Shown here: piece after piece, positions 33,460 to 45,500 of the stretch
Numbering within the stretch: the first letter of the stretch is position 1
Layout of the letters: the number at the start of each line of letters is the position of its first letter
NCBI GenBank assembly: GCA_973895155.1
Contig: OZ316898.1
Span: 6,807,079-6,871,078, forward strand
Direction: 5' to 3'
DNA length: 64,000 nt
DNA from: Marsupella aquatica
Taxonomy: Eukaryota; Plantae; Marchantiophyta
Notes under the pieces: model-generated
Seen by the model: the letters and a program-made list of their open reading frames with translations, nothing else
Told to the model about the DNA's origin: nothing
Database searches by the model: none
Made by a program: the position numbers and the translations under genes

Positions 33460-35822
33460 CTTTACTTCTTTTTCTCACCTTGCTATCTATTCTCTCCTGG
33501 CTTGACATCTTTTTCTCACCTTGACTTCTTTTCCTCACCTTAATTGACATTTTTTTCTCTCGTCTACAGCTTTTTTACCTCAACATCTTTTCTTCACCTC
33601 AATATCTTTTCTCACCTAAACATCTTTCGTGCAACATGCAGGCATCTGGCTAGTGCATTTCAAACAATTGTTTGCCGAGTGGAAAGAAGTTGTGCCCCAG
33701 ATTCTGAAAAAGATTTTATGTGGAATCTAGGGCACACCTTGTTTCCACTCCTATTCCCCTATTATTGGTAGTAACACTAATTTCCACTCCCACAAATTAC
33801 ATGCCAACACCAATAGCCATAAGGGTGTGGTTGTACTCCAGCCAAGCAAGTTATTCCATTCTTCAAGGACCAAGGGAGACAGTCCTTTGTTGTCCTCTAC
33901 TTCCACCCACTAACCAAATAAACACAATTCAGCTCCAATTTATACAATGTCCTTCTCAAATGGAGAATTCTGACAGGCACAGTAGTTCCTTTGTTGGTGG
34001 GTAGAAGGAATGTACCTGAACCTGACATCCTCTTAGCAAGTGGTCACTGTGGGGACCAGGTTCAACTTGTACACTTGCTGTCCTCAAAATAACCTCCCAA
34101 CAATTGGTTGATTCTCCCTACAGATTTCCCCTGAACAAAATGCCATGGCCTTGTTTCAAATTTCCGAGGTACATTTATTTTCCATCATTAGACCTCACTA
34201 GACTTCAGGAGGGCCATAAGAATGTGGCTGGTGGGAGGATGGCTAATGAGATGAGGTGTAATTTGGCCAGGAGCTAGTGCGGCTGGTGCTTCACCAAGAC
34301 TTGTTCACACTGCTCGAAGTTATGGTATGGTTGAAACTTGTCATCGCAGCTCAACCCACAACCTCAATTGGCACTTAACCTAGGTAACTTGAGGTTGGTT
34401 AAGTTCTGGTTAGGTTACGGTGTGGATGAAAAGTCCTGGACCAGAAGGTGCAGACAAGAAAATGGCGGACTGAACAGAATGAACTGCAAGCTTGGTCTGA
34501 ATCTTGGTAAGACAGAAATGGCCACGATCTTTAATTTTGAGATGCCCTATCTCGAATACAGTAAATTTTTGCGCGTGACTTCATCCGGGAGTGACCCGGG
34601 GCAGCGGGAACGACTGGTCGGGCACCGAATGTGAAGCCTGACCAGTCACACCTGGGAGTTGTGACCGAAACTGAGAACCGATTGCTATGAGGAGAGTACC
34701 CGATTTCAGTGTGTTCATTGACTCACCTTGCAATTTTTGCACACTGCCACGACCTCTCTCAAATCTGAGAGCCCGTAAATATCACTGCCTGGCTATACCC
34801 AGTTTTGGTGCGCCCCAGTGCATCGCACAATGCCAGTGAGGTGGGTTTTAAAAAATAAATTTGAACCGCACTAGTGAAGCAAGCAGGTCTCGGGTTCAAA
34901 CCCCCCTCTCTCACAGGGTGTGCCCCATAGAAAATGCATGCTGAAGAAACACGGTTAGTGAAAGAGTGGATAGAGTTGGACAGATTTCTTACCCTTTGCT
35001 TTAAATCAACGCCATTCCATTCCATTCGTCTCGTTTGTCTCTCGCTCTCTCTCTGTTCCTTCCTCGCTATGGCAGCATTCTTGTGCGCGGACTCGTTATG
35101 ACTTGGGAAACAAACCAACAGCATGAGAGAGGAGAGATCAGAGCTGCGCGGCAATTTCCATCGCTTCGGTGGGCCTTTTGTGCCTCGAAAGCTTGAACTA
35201 CGGTAGTCAACTTCATTCCATATTCCATCGAGAAGCGCAAATCAGAGGAGCTGCTCTTGTTCCCTGTTGCTCTTTGCCAGTGTGTTGTAAAAAGCTTTTG
35301 GTGGGGCTTTCCTTCTCCGGTTCCACCGTCCTCAACATCGCGTTCGTTTGCTTGTGTGGGGCCGAGCCCCACCGTCAATAGTGCCTCCAGTGTATACAGT
35401 ACGTTGTAGATCTCTGCGTGTCCTGTGCTGTGCCGTGGTTGCTGTGCTGTGCTGGCTGTGCTGGCGAAGGGAGAAGAGTCGAGAGTACTTTGGGAGACCA
35501 CAGCTCTGTCCGTGTCTCTGCTCCTGCTGCCGATGGACGGATTGATTGCTTGGGTGGGGTGATGTTATTTTGCGGTACTGGTCCCCTCCTCTTCGTCCCC
35601 TTCCCCGACCGCCCCCTCTCGCGCTGTGTCACTCCCCATCCTTCCACTTCACGTCAATTAATGCCCCCTTCCCTTCCGCTGCTTCCAACGACCCACTCCG
35701 TTCGTGTTCATTGTCATTATCATCGGCATCCTCATAGACATCGTTCCGTCGCTTCGTGAGTGTGGGGATCTGTCTAGTGTCTTGAAATTCAGACGATTTT
35801 GAAATCTCGAGTCGACCCATCC

Positions 35823-35848
35823 AGAGAGATAGAGAGAGAGAGAGAGAG
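35823..35848 (+). promoter_or_regulatory. (GA)n tract directly before the LIP5 start codon, after a probable 5'-UTR intron
   Basis: agagagatagagagagagagagagag precedes ATG. A donor-like ttc|gtgagt lies at ~35756 and an acceptor-like catccag at ~35824. Confidence 0.5.
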
Positions 35849-38800
35849 ATGGGAGAGAGCGCGGATGCGAAGAAGTTACTGCTGCCGTATTTGCAACGAG
35901 CGGATGAGTTGCAGAAGCATGAGCCTCTCGTGGCGTATTACTGTAAGTTATCTCTTACTGAACGACACCACGGGCTGACTGCCCCTATTCCTGCAATTCG
36001 TTTGCTCATTTCTCTAGGGCCGGAATTGGTCAGGGTAATGGTGGTGTTTATGACGCCGAATGTCCTTATGAGGCCCCAGAAGTGCATCCTGCCAATAATC
36101 AGGGTTCAAAATGTTTCTGGCTCCATTGTAATGTCCTGGTGGTTTTTTGGGTTGTCCTCGAGTTTCAAGTGTTAAAGGGCTGGCCACCTGACGGTTGTTT
36201 GAGGGTTGGGGACGACTGTTAGCAGAACTTGATTGGAACTTGTGCTTTCCAATTCGCAGGTCGTTTGTTTGCCATGGAACGGGGATTAAAAATGCCAGCA
36301 AAGGAGCGCGGAAAGACAATAAATTCGCTGCTGGTCTCCCTCATGAATCAACTTGAAAAGGTTTGTCCGCTTTTTCTCGCTAGACGGTCACCAGGCTGTG
36401 CGGTATTCTGGAATTGAACTTGGCATTATGGTGTCCTGGCATTGTCATTCAAGAAATCTTTCCATGATCTCTAGTGGATCCAAATGGCAGTGCCTCTTGG
36501 GTCGTGAACCTGCGATTGAAGGCCTTTGAATGCAAGAAAAGCATATACTTTGGCTCAGGAAATATGGCTGATTTTCTGCTGGATGTGGTGCACAGGACAA
36601 GAAGACAGTGAAACTAGGTCCCGATGACAACATGTATCTGGAAGGCTTTGCGACAAGGGTGTTCTCCAAAGCTGACAAGCAAGACCGATCAGGCCGAGCT
36701 GACTTGTATGAATTTTCTTTTCCCTAATTATGTTTTACTTCCTAATGGGCAGACTTTGCTTCATAGTTTCTTTGAGCTATCTGGGCCATGAACATTTTAT
36801 GGAAATTTTGAAATAGCCAAAATGACTTTCTCTGAACCATCTGTTCTGTTTGCCAGAAACACGGCTAAAACTTTCTATGCAGCGCGACTGTTTTTTGAAG
36901 TTTTACATCAATTTGGGGAGGTCCCTCCTGATGTAAGTGTGCACAGCTCCCTTTCCACATGGTTGATCGGGTTGAGCTGCGTTTTTATGCACAAGTAGTA
37001 AGAATTACATATGGATCCTGGGACATGGTAGTCCAAGGCCACTGCCGGGCAAATAGGTTCTTGTGTTTAGGGCATTGCACTTCTTGAGAGTGATGGTGAT
37101 TACTATCATAATCCTATTCTTATTTGAACTCAGGAATGGCTTGGTCGAAGCCAGTATTAGTATTAGCAAGAAAAGGACCCGATAGTAGTCACGTGTTTGA
37201 TTTGGGGTTGAATTCGCTCAATTTCACTTTCTGCGGCTTAACTGATACAGATAGTTGTGAAGGTTTCTTAAAGCTTTAGGGTAGGAAGATTGAAAATCTT
37301 ACGAGGCATTGACGAAAGGCTGATTGTACGGTATGCTGCCTGTGATGTAGATTGAGCAACGACAAAAATATGCAGCATGGAAGGCCGCTGACATAAGGAA
37401 GGCGTTGAGTGAGGGTCGAAAACCTATTGCAGGGCCTCCTGGTGGGGATGAGGACTTGTCTGAAATGGATGGAATGTCATGGGATACTGAGGTAAGAGCT
37501 GACAATTCAACAAGCGCAGCAGTATTGAAGGAGAGTGGGCTCCCGGTTGATGGTGGTTTTTTTTTTGTGGGGTGGGGTGTTTTGGGGCGAGGGTCGAGGG
37601 GGGAGGGTGGGGGGGAGGAGGTGGAGTGGGTGTGCCGGGGAGGCAGTGAGGATTTCTGTCGCCCAAAGACCAAAAGAGGGTGACAGAGGGAATTGCTTTG
37701 ATGATGGTTCAGGGGACAGTCCTACTGAATACAAGGATTTTTTCTTGGCCAGTCCAGTTGCATTACTGTATCCATAGCTCCTGTTGGAGAGAATCCAGAG
37801 GATACAATTCAAGCATCCCCCTTGCAGTCGAAATACCCTATGTTTCATTTATGGTTTTTTACTTTATTTTGAATCAGCGTGTTTGTGTGTGAGCAGCAAG
37901 TAATTTGCGTTATGTAAGTTGTGGTCGGCATTTACGATGTTGATGAGCAGCAGAGAATGTCCAGGAAGGATATATAGAACGGCTAAAACACTGTTTCCCA
38001 CTGTGTTAAAATCTGACGTGTGTCTTGGTTCTTACAGGGATCACCAGCGAAAGTGATTTCTACCACCAGTATATCAAGCTCTCCACCTGATGTCTCTCAG
38101 CCCGAAGAGGAATTGCCGGCCCCAGGAGTTGGACATCAGCAATCACAACCCGATCCTTTGCCGCGTACAAGCTCAGTGGATTCATTGCCTAGTCCTCCAA
38201 CGAGTGCTCCTCCTTCACAAGGTTTTCACCACACCAGACAGGTGTCGTCAGATGACATTGACCTACCATCTGCCCCAACTCAACCTGTATATCCAGGGGT
38301 GCAGCATTCTCCTCCTCCTGCGTTTCAACGTGGATTTCCTGACCCGTATGCACCAACGCACTATTCATCTACAGGTGCAGGGCAGGATACTGGTGCACCC
38401 CCTCCCGTGATTCATGATTGGTCAGGGGGCAACGCCCATGAAAATGCTGGACCACCATATTCTGCTCCCTTAAATTACCCCACATCACCTCATGATGATT
38501 ATAGCTCGAACGCTCCCACTTATTCTTCCGTCCCTCCTAGTACGACCCACAGTCCATACGTGAATCCCACTGATCAAGGTTACAATTATTCTCAGTATCC
38601 TTCAGCCCCTGGATCAGGATATCAAGGAGGAAACACCTATCCTCCTGTCTCCCCTTCTCAAAATTACGGTTCAGGGTATGCCGAACCCCCACATCATCAA
38701 CGGACAACTAGTGCTCCAGTTACCAGTGCTCCAGTAAGTGGATACTCAAATGGACTGTATCCCAGCGATAGTAACTATCAACCCCCACCTGATAAAATAG

Positions 38801-38922
38801 CAGAGGCGCATAAAGCTGCAAGATTTGCTGTGAGTTCTCTTGCCTTTGATGATGTGCAAACAGCCCTAGAGTTCCTTAGGAAGTCTTTGGAACTTCTGAC
38901 TAGACCTTCACAGGAAAACTAA
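35849..38922 (+). CDS. LIP5: LIP5/VTA1, positive regulator of the SKD1/VPS4 ATPase in ESCRT, ~468 aa
   Basis: Exons 35849-35942, 36260-36360, 36596-36705, 36857-36932, 37351-37491 and 38038-38922 are GT-AG and frame-consistent. The N-terminal MIT region reads LLPYLQRADELQKHEPLVAYYCRLFAMERGL...ADKQDRSGRADLNTAKTFYAA...KYAAWKAADIRKAL.EGRKP. The C-terminal VSL domain reads IAEAHKAARFAVSSLAFDDV..AL.FLRKSLELL. Confidence 0.97.
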
Positions 38923-39799
38923 ATGTAGCCTGTTGTATGATTTGTATCATCTTCATGATATCCGGGGTAATGACCCTTCGCATGCTTCAATGGCCCCATA
39001 CAAGATTACCTGAGATTCCCTTGTTCGAACATTGAGTTTAGGACCTGGCACATTAGAGTCCAGGCTTTTCTTTGAAACAGTCTGCCAACAAGATGGACTT
39101 GTTGTAGTCGTCGAATCTTCATGTGCTTAGTAAGTTACATTGATGCAACTGTTTATTGTAATTTTGTGGTGAGATCTAAAAGCTATGAGTTGTGATTACC
39201 AGATCTTCGCGAGTCCCACTGTATTCAGACATATTGTCCTGTCAACCATTTCGTTTAACAATCACTTAACCCATGCGCGTTGGGATGTCCATACTTCAGT
39301 TGTTTCCCTGCATCCACAGAGTTGCAGTAGATTGGCGACTGTCGCACATGGATAGACATCTAAGATCCGGATACAGGTTTGTTGTAGAGAGTGCCAAAGG
39401 AAAGTGGTGCTGGATCTCCGAAATTCGGTTGGGTTCCACAATTTAGATTACGAGAGTTTCCCTCTGTTCGCCATGAATTCCAGGTGAGCATTTCGAGATA
39501 GTCGGAACTGCAGATTTACTGTGGTCAATAGAACGGCCGAACTCACACCAAGAAAAAATGCTTACAAGCCACCGAATCATAGGATAAGTAGCAGCTGAAG
39601 CAGTACTTTCTAAGGTTTTCTGCATAGGAGCATACCTCTAGACCCGAACACACAGGTTGGCACGGCCCCTCATATGTACTCAAAGATAGATCTAACATCA
39701 AACCATTCTCGATTCAAAGATGTCACTGGACTGCTGGGTTATCCCATTGTCCCTAGTTGACATACAACTATTACAAATCATGCCGAATAATTGCAATCA

Positions 39800-40200
39800 A
39801 AAGCTACTGTGAAGTCCTCCTCCTGCTCGAGTGAAATCCCTAGACTTCTATTCTGGGGGCAGGACTCTACTGTCTAGAGTGAAAGCTATAGAGTCACCTT
39901 GGGGTTGGGGGCACAACTCAAGGTGAGGGTGCATTGGGGACAAAGACAATGGAAAACATGTTCATAGAGGGGCATGACTCAAGGTGAGGGTACAGATTGA
40001 AAACAAAGATTGGGGACAAGTCATTAAACATGTTCATAGAGGGACGTAGCCTACTGTCTAGAGTGAAATCTCTAGGCAGTGACGTTGAGGGCATAACTCA
40101 AGGTGAGGGTGCAGGTTGAAAACAGAGATTTTGAACAAGTCATTGGAAAACATGTTCATACAGGGAGGCTCCTAGACCCTGACTCTATGGGCATAACTCA
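39800..40200. repeat. Degenerate tandem/dispersed repeat block
   Basis: ctactgtctagagtgaaa and actcaaggtgagggtgca recur about 3 times. The first motif recurs twice more at 41553-41590. Confidence 0.6.
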
Positions 40201-41238
40201 AATGGGTTTTAATCACTATTCCACCGCTAGTACAAAAACCACAAGAAAAAACTGTAAACCACTTCAAGTTGGAAGTTGGGAGGGGATCTCCATTCAATCT
40301 TTTAGGTTCTAATGAGATGCAACATCCTTTTTCCGTGATGGTAAATATGCTAGTAAATGTGTGCTATCCAAGTCAAGATTGTTATTTCCAGAGATACTAT
40401 CCATGCACTGAACTTCACTCGTTCATGCAAGCATTTAAGCTTGGATGGGACTCAAAGATCCTCGGTGTGATAGTACAGTTCCTTTGACTTTAAATGTTGG
40501 CAGATCTACTTTTCTAAAACCTCATGTGCGCTTCAAAATCATATCACTCCAAGCTTATAGGTTTGGATTGAGATCAGTCAAGCTTATAGCTCACAAACTA
40601 GATTCACTCCAGGGTAATCGCTAGAAACTTCTTAAATAAATTTTAAATAAGGGGCAACTTTCCCAATTTTAATTGAAGGGGAAAAAGTTAATCCAAGTTG
40701 GGGAATAAGGGGTTTAATTTCAAATACATTGAAGTCCCATGAACCAATTTTAAATAAGGGGCAAACATTTTCTCCTTTCCAATACACTAATCCGTAAAGA
40801 TAGTGACTGTTTTAGTGCATGTTAGACAAGAAGTTTTCAAAATAGTACCTTTTTGCAAACTTGCTTAGCCACCTATTACTGGTGACACTTTGGTGACAAA
40901 ATGTGGCAAAACATGGCAAGAGCAACATGCACGGAAGTATTTGCATGCAAACTTTTTTGGCAACCAAATTGATGTTTTTTTTTGTTGAAAAGAAGGATTG
41001 CCACATATGGCAGGCATGAGTTTAAGGATAGGTCTAATGTACTGTCAAACTTCTGTGCCCATCCTAACTTACAATCCATGCATAACACAGTAGAATCTGT
41101 AGCCTATTTTGTGAAATCGAATTGATTGAAGGGTAACCAAACCAACTCGTTAACCATCTGGACTTTGATTCAGTTTCTGGTTCACTCATACCCTAACACA
41201 TCAGCACTTTTCTTGAGGATCTGTCTCATAAAAAATGA

Positions 41239-41323
41239 ACCGTATGAATATATGGTCTGCGACCCTAATGTATTTGGCACCGTATGAATATATGGTCTTC
41301 GACCCTAATGTATTTGGCACCGC
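41239..41323. repeat. 2 x 40-bp tandem duplication
   Basis: accgtatgaatatatggtct(g/t)cgaccctaatgtatttggc repeated, one mismatch. Confidence 0.9.
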
Positions 41324-42544
41324 AGTTGCTGGGTACTCAGGATGCTGTGAATACACATAGCAAAAGATGTTTAATCAATGTTTGACAACCTCAATGTAAT
41401 ATTAAGGTTGGCCACTTATCCTTTTATGGGACATTTAGTCTCCTGTATATGGTCTCCTTGCATAAGTGGGTAGACAACAATATTGTTAAGAATCTTACTA
41501 ATAAAGTGCAATGCAAAACTACTTTCAATGGCTGCTGTCTACTTTCAAGGGCTACTGTCTAGAGTGAAGGCTACTGTCTAGAGTGAAAACTCCAGACCTT
41601 TACTCTCAATAGGACAACACTGAATGAGAGTGGACTAGAAAAGGGATGGGAAGGTTAACAAAACTAAAATTCACTCTCAATAAAGACAAAACTAAGAGTG
41701 AATCTCAATAAAGACAAAACAGAAGTGAGGGTGAAAAAAAGGAGTGAATATAATTATTTAATAACTTTGGAAATTGAATTGAATTGGTTATGATTAATCT
41801 TTAATTGATTTTTTTTATAGAGGGCAAAAATGAAGATCACATGTTTGTTTTGCAAAATTTTTTATTGTCTTGTCTCTATTTACGTTCAATGGGTAATCAG
41901 GCTAGTGTGCCATATAATCTCTCAAACAACAAGTGGCTGTGCCCAATCGGAGTTTCCCGAAGTCACAAATGGAGTTCGAAGGTTGGAGTCTGAAACTCCT
42001 TCAAGCTTGACAAGCTTGACAACGCCATTGACTTCATGAAAACAACGTGCATGGCTTTCCAATTGACAAAACTATCAAATTCTCGAGGGCCTGGAAGACA
42101 ATCGATTTGGCTTTGCCATGGTCCAAGTTCAATTGCTATGGGGTGCCTTATATCTTTACAGTGTCATCCCTTGAATAATCTAAGTAGATGTCAGCCAGGG
42201 TACAATCGGGGGTACAGTAAACTTTATATGACAAAACTAGATGAATCTACGAAGATGACAGCCAGGATCTTTCAATTTCACATGACCTATGAGAGAACCA
42301 AGGATCCTTCAATTTCACATGACCTATGAGAGAACCATCTTTGAGCAAGCAAACAAAACCGTGTAAATGTTTAGAGCTGCACGAAAACTCAATGCATCTG
42401 CAAAATTGATCCAGAGGCCTGTTGCTAACTATGCCGATAACTGAGGCAGGCCTCTGGAGAGTTAACTTGCGGACTTGGGGAACGCCATCAAGGATCCTCC
42501 ATCATGACCTTAGAATTGTCGTCAAATACATGGACTAATGGTAG

Positions 42545-45500
42545 TCAATCATGTATATCGCTCTGCTGAATCAACGGCGATTTAGAGTCGTCCTGTATGC
42601 AATTGACCATGCATCATTGTTAGATATTACACTCACATGGCCTTTCAGAGTTGATGAAAGATAATTGCTCTTAGTTGCGGACTGTTCATCTAGTCCATTT
42701 CACAAACGATGCGTGTGTACTTCCTTACTATTCTGGATCTGAGAGATGAACTCACTTTATGAACTACAATGTGATCTTCTGGCAGCCGGTCAGCAAATAC
42801 ACGATCCACCGCGTTTTGGGCCTGTAGATCCAGTTAACAAAGCCATTGTCAGGATCCAAAATCGTAGCTGAAGCGCCTCGATGCATTAGCCATCCCTCTA
42901 GCTTGGGAGTTAGCCTTTCAATTCAAATCCCATATAGACAAATTGCATTGCCGCAAAACTGTCATACAGGTTAGTCATTATTTGATCATCGCAGTTGCTT
43001 CCGCTTCAAGTGAAAGCAACGGCACGGCGAAGTGCGATTCAATTCAATTGCAAACTACTGTACTGGTCAAGAAAGTGTGCTAATCAAGACGTTTCAAGTT
43101 GATGGGTAGTTGAATCACCTGTTTCTCCCAATCCGTGTAGACACAAATAAGGATAAGTCCTGCTGCCTGGACGTCAACAGCAGCTATCAACCCAATCCAA
43201 AGACCCTGTTACAATAAAAATTGATAGCACCTTTAGTAAACCTTGATGGCGGCGGTGCATTGGTGGAATTGCTGGGAAGTCTATACTTGACGGAGATGTG
43301 AAATGAATGAAGCGCCAGGAAAGCAAGTCCTAGCATGTTCTACTTGCAAACACCCAAGAAGACGGGAAAGGGTGAATGCTAGTCTTCATCAACCTACAGA
43401 CTCTCAACGCACAGACTGTAGACTCACAGGCCAGTTTGGTACGTACTTCTCCATTCATATGGAAATAGAAGGCCAAAACTAAGGCCAATGGTATGCCCAC
43501 CCCGTAGTATGCCCCGAGGTTAAGAACAGCTGCCACTGATTGATTGCCAGCTCCTCGTGCCACTCCTACAAAATTGTCATTGTTCCATCAATAACAGTCC
43601 CTGACAGGATTCGATACGATTCAATGACTCACCTCAATTGAGTTAGAAAGGTCACGAATTCAATCAAACTATACCATTTGGTTCAAGGTAATGATCCCAT
43701 ACAGATTCAGAATCTAGCCATTGAGAACTGATTAAATAAATTTTATTGCATAGCAGCCCCTGGAATGAAAAGTTCAGAACTCTGATAACCATCAGCTGAA
43801 TGTCAGAAATCAGGTAGAAATAAATGAAAGAAAAACCCATGAGTTCGAGCGACTGATTCGGTACAAGGAATCTACTGGTAACTGATTGAATTTATGCTAA
43901 AAAGCTGGAATGAAAGAGGCGACTGATTCGTTATAAAAAATCTACTGCGATCTGATTGAATTCATGCTCAAGAGCTGGATTGAAAGAGGCATACCACTGA
44001 GGACTCCTTGGCAGGAGTCCGCAATCGCGAGCACAGCAAGAAACGGCATCATCCTCGCAACGTAGTCAACCACTTCAGGTTCATTAGTGAATGCCATGGG
44101 CCAGACGTGCCGCAATGAGAAGGTGCTGACCGATATAATGAGTCCCTGTGTGAGACCAAGTGAGAGTGCCACTATCACTGCCCTCTTTGCCATAGATGCT
44201 CTCCCAGCCCCGAGCTCGTTGGACACTCTCGTGCTGCACAAGCACCACACGATCAATCAGGGAAGAAAATTTGCGTTTTTTCGTGGAGCGAACATCATTG
44301 GCTATGAAGAGTCTGAGGTTACAGCCGGGGTTACAGCCATCATCTTTTCAGTGAAACCGAAGGAAACTATTAATGCATTGCCCCAGTTTTCGAGACAACG
44401 TCTTCACGTAATTTGCCACAAGAAAATCCACAAGAATTATGATGGCTATACTTCCACCGAACACGGCGACGAGGCATTGCGCTTCGGACATGAAAAGGCG
44501 ACGAAATCTAGGCCTCTCGGACGAAGCTCAAACTTTATGCATCGAAAGGAAACTACAACCGTTTAAGTGTCAAACTCGCCTTCAACGACGCGTTGTTTGT
44601 GGCTTTGTTTTAGTTTGCTTTCGGTTATCGGATGTATTCAATTTCCCTGTGACGTGGGCAGAAAGTTGTTAGTCAGCGAGTAGCTCACCTGATAGATGCA
44701 CCGAGCCCGTACGGAAACATGAAGAGGAGAGCGCCCGTATTCAAGCTGCAAACGGCCACACATCGAGAAACAAGTTGCTTTCATTCCTGTTGCTGCACCT
44801 AACACCTCAATGTTCTATCGTAAACTTCCACATCTCCTGACTTTAGTGCTATTTGGAAAAACTTGCCCGGCAGAATAGGGCTCTGTTTCCTGTCGTGCTT
44901 GCGTGAGATGCATGTTTACTAATCTGTTCTATGAAGCGGCCGGTCATTGGCAAACTGGAGTGATTATCGAATTGTGCCAACGAGAAACGTTTTCATGAAA
45001 GCAAAGCAGCTGTTGATATCCTGCTGCTACATCAAAGTCGTCCATTCTACAGCGGCTTCATTATTTACGATCTCATTTATTGTGCAGTCAAGAATTATGG
45101 ATAGCTCTATTGAGACAATTAAAGAAATGAAAGCTCTGAGACCCTCAAAAGCCTTTAGTGAGTAGCCATACCAGATAGTAAACGTCGACATCTCCAGTTG
45201 AGGATTCGGCAGTAATCCCGACATGAGCACCATCAACTCGAAGGACCAGTACTCCAAACTGTTCGTGGAAAACACACATCAGTTATCGACCACTCGGAGA
45301 TAGTTCCGAGAGAGCTAGTATGAGCCCGACAATGAACCTATCACTAACTTCCTCTTATCTCCCAAAAGGATAGAAGTAAAGCAATCTTAAACACACCAGG
45401 ACGACACCCACTTCAATTCACAAAAACATTCGAGAAATGACAGGTTGCGAACAATGATGAAAGTGCTATACAGGGTAAAAAGAAAATCAGAAAACGGAGA

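Larger units (their letters stand above)
29680..33653 (+). mobile_element. Non-autonomous Helitron-like element with an internal pyrimidine-rich array, interrupted by a TIR element
   Basis: The 3' end is cgtgcaacatgcaggcatctggCTAG|t (ends 33653). Degenerate ttgacatctttttctcacc repeats lie on both sides of the insertion (30028-30400 and 33460-33625). The 5' boundary is uncertain. Confidence 0.55.

Noticed and set aside
35025-35145. miR156/529-like hairpin from CT and GA tracts
   Set aside because: Pairing is low-complexity and I could not match a conserved mature miRNA.
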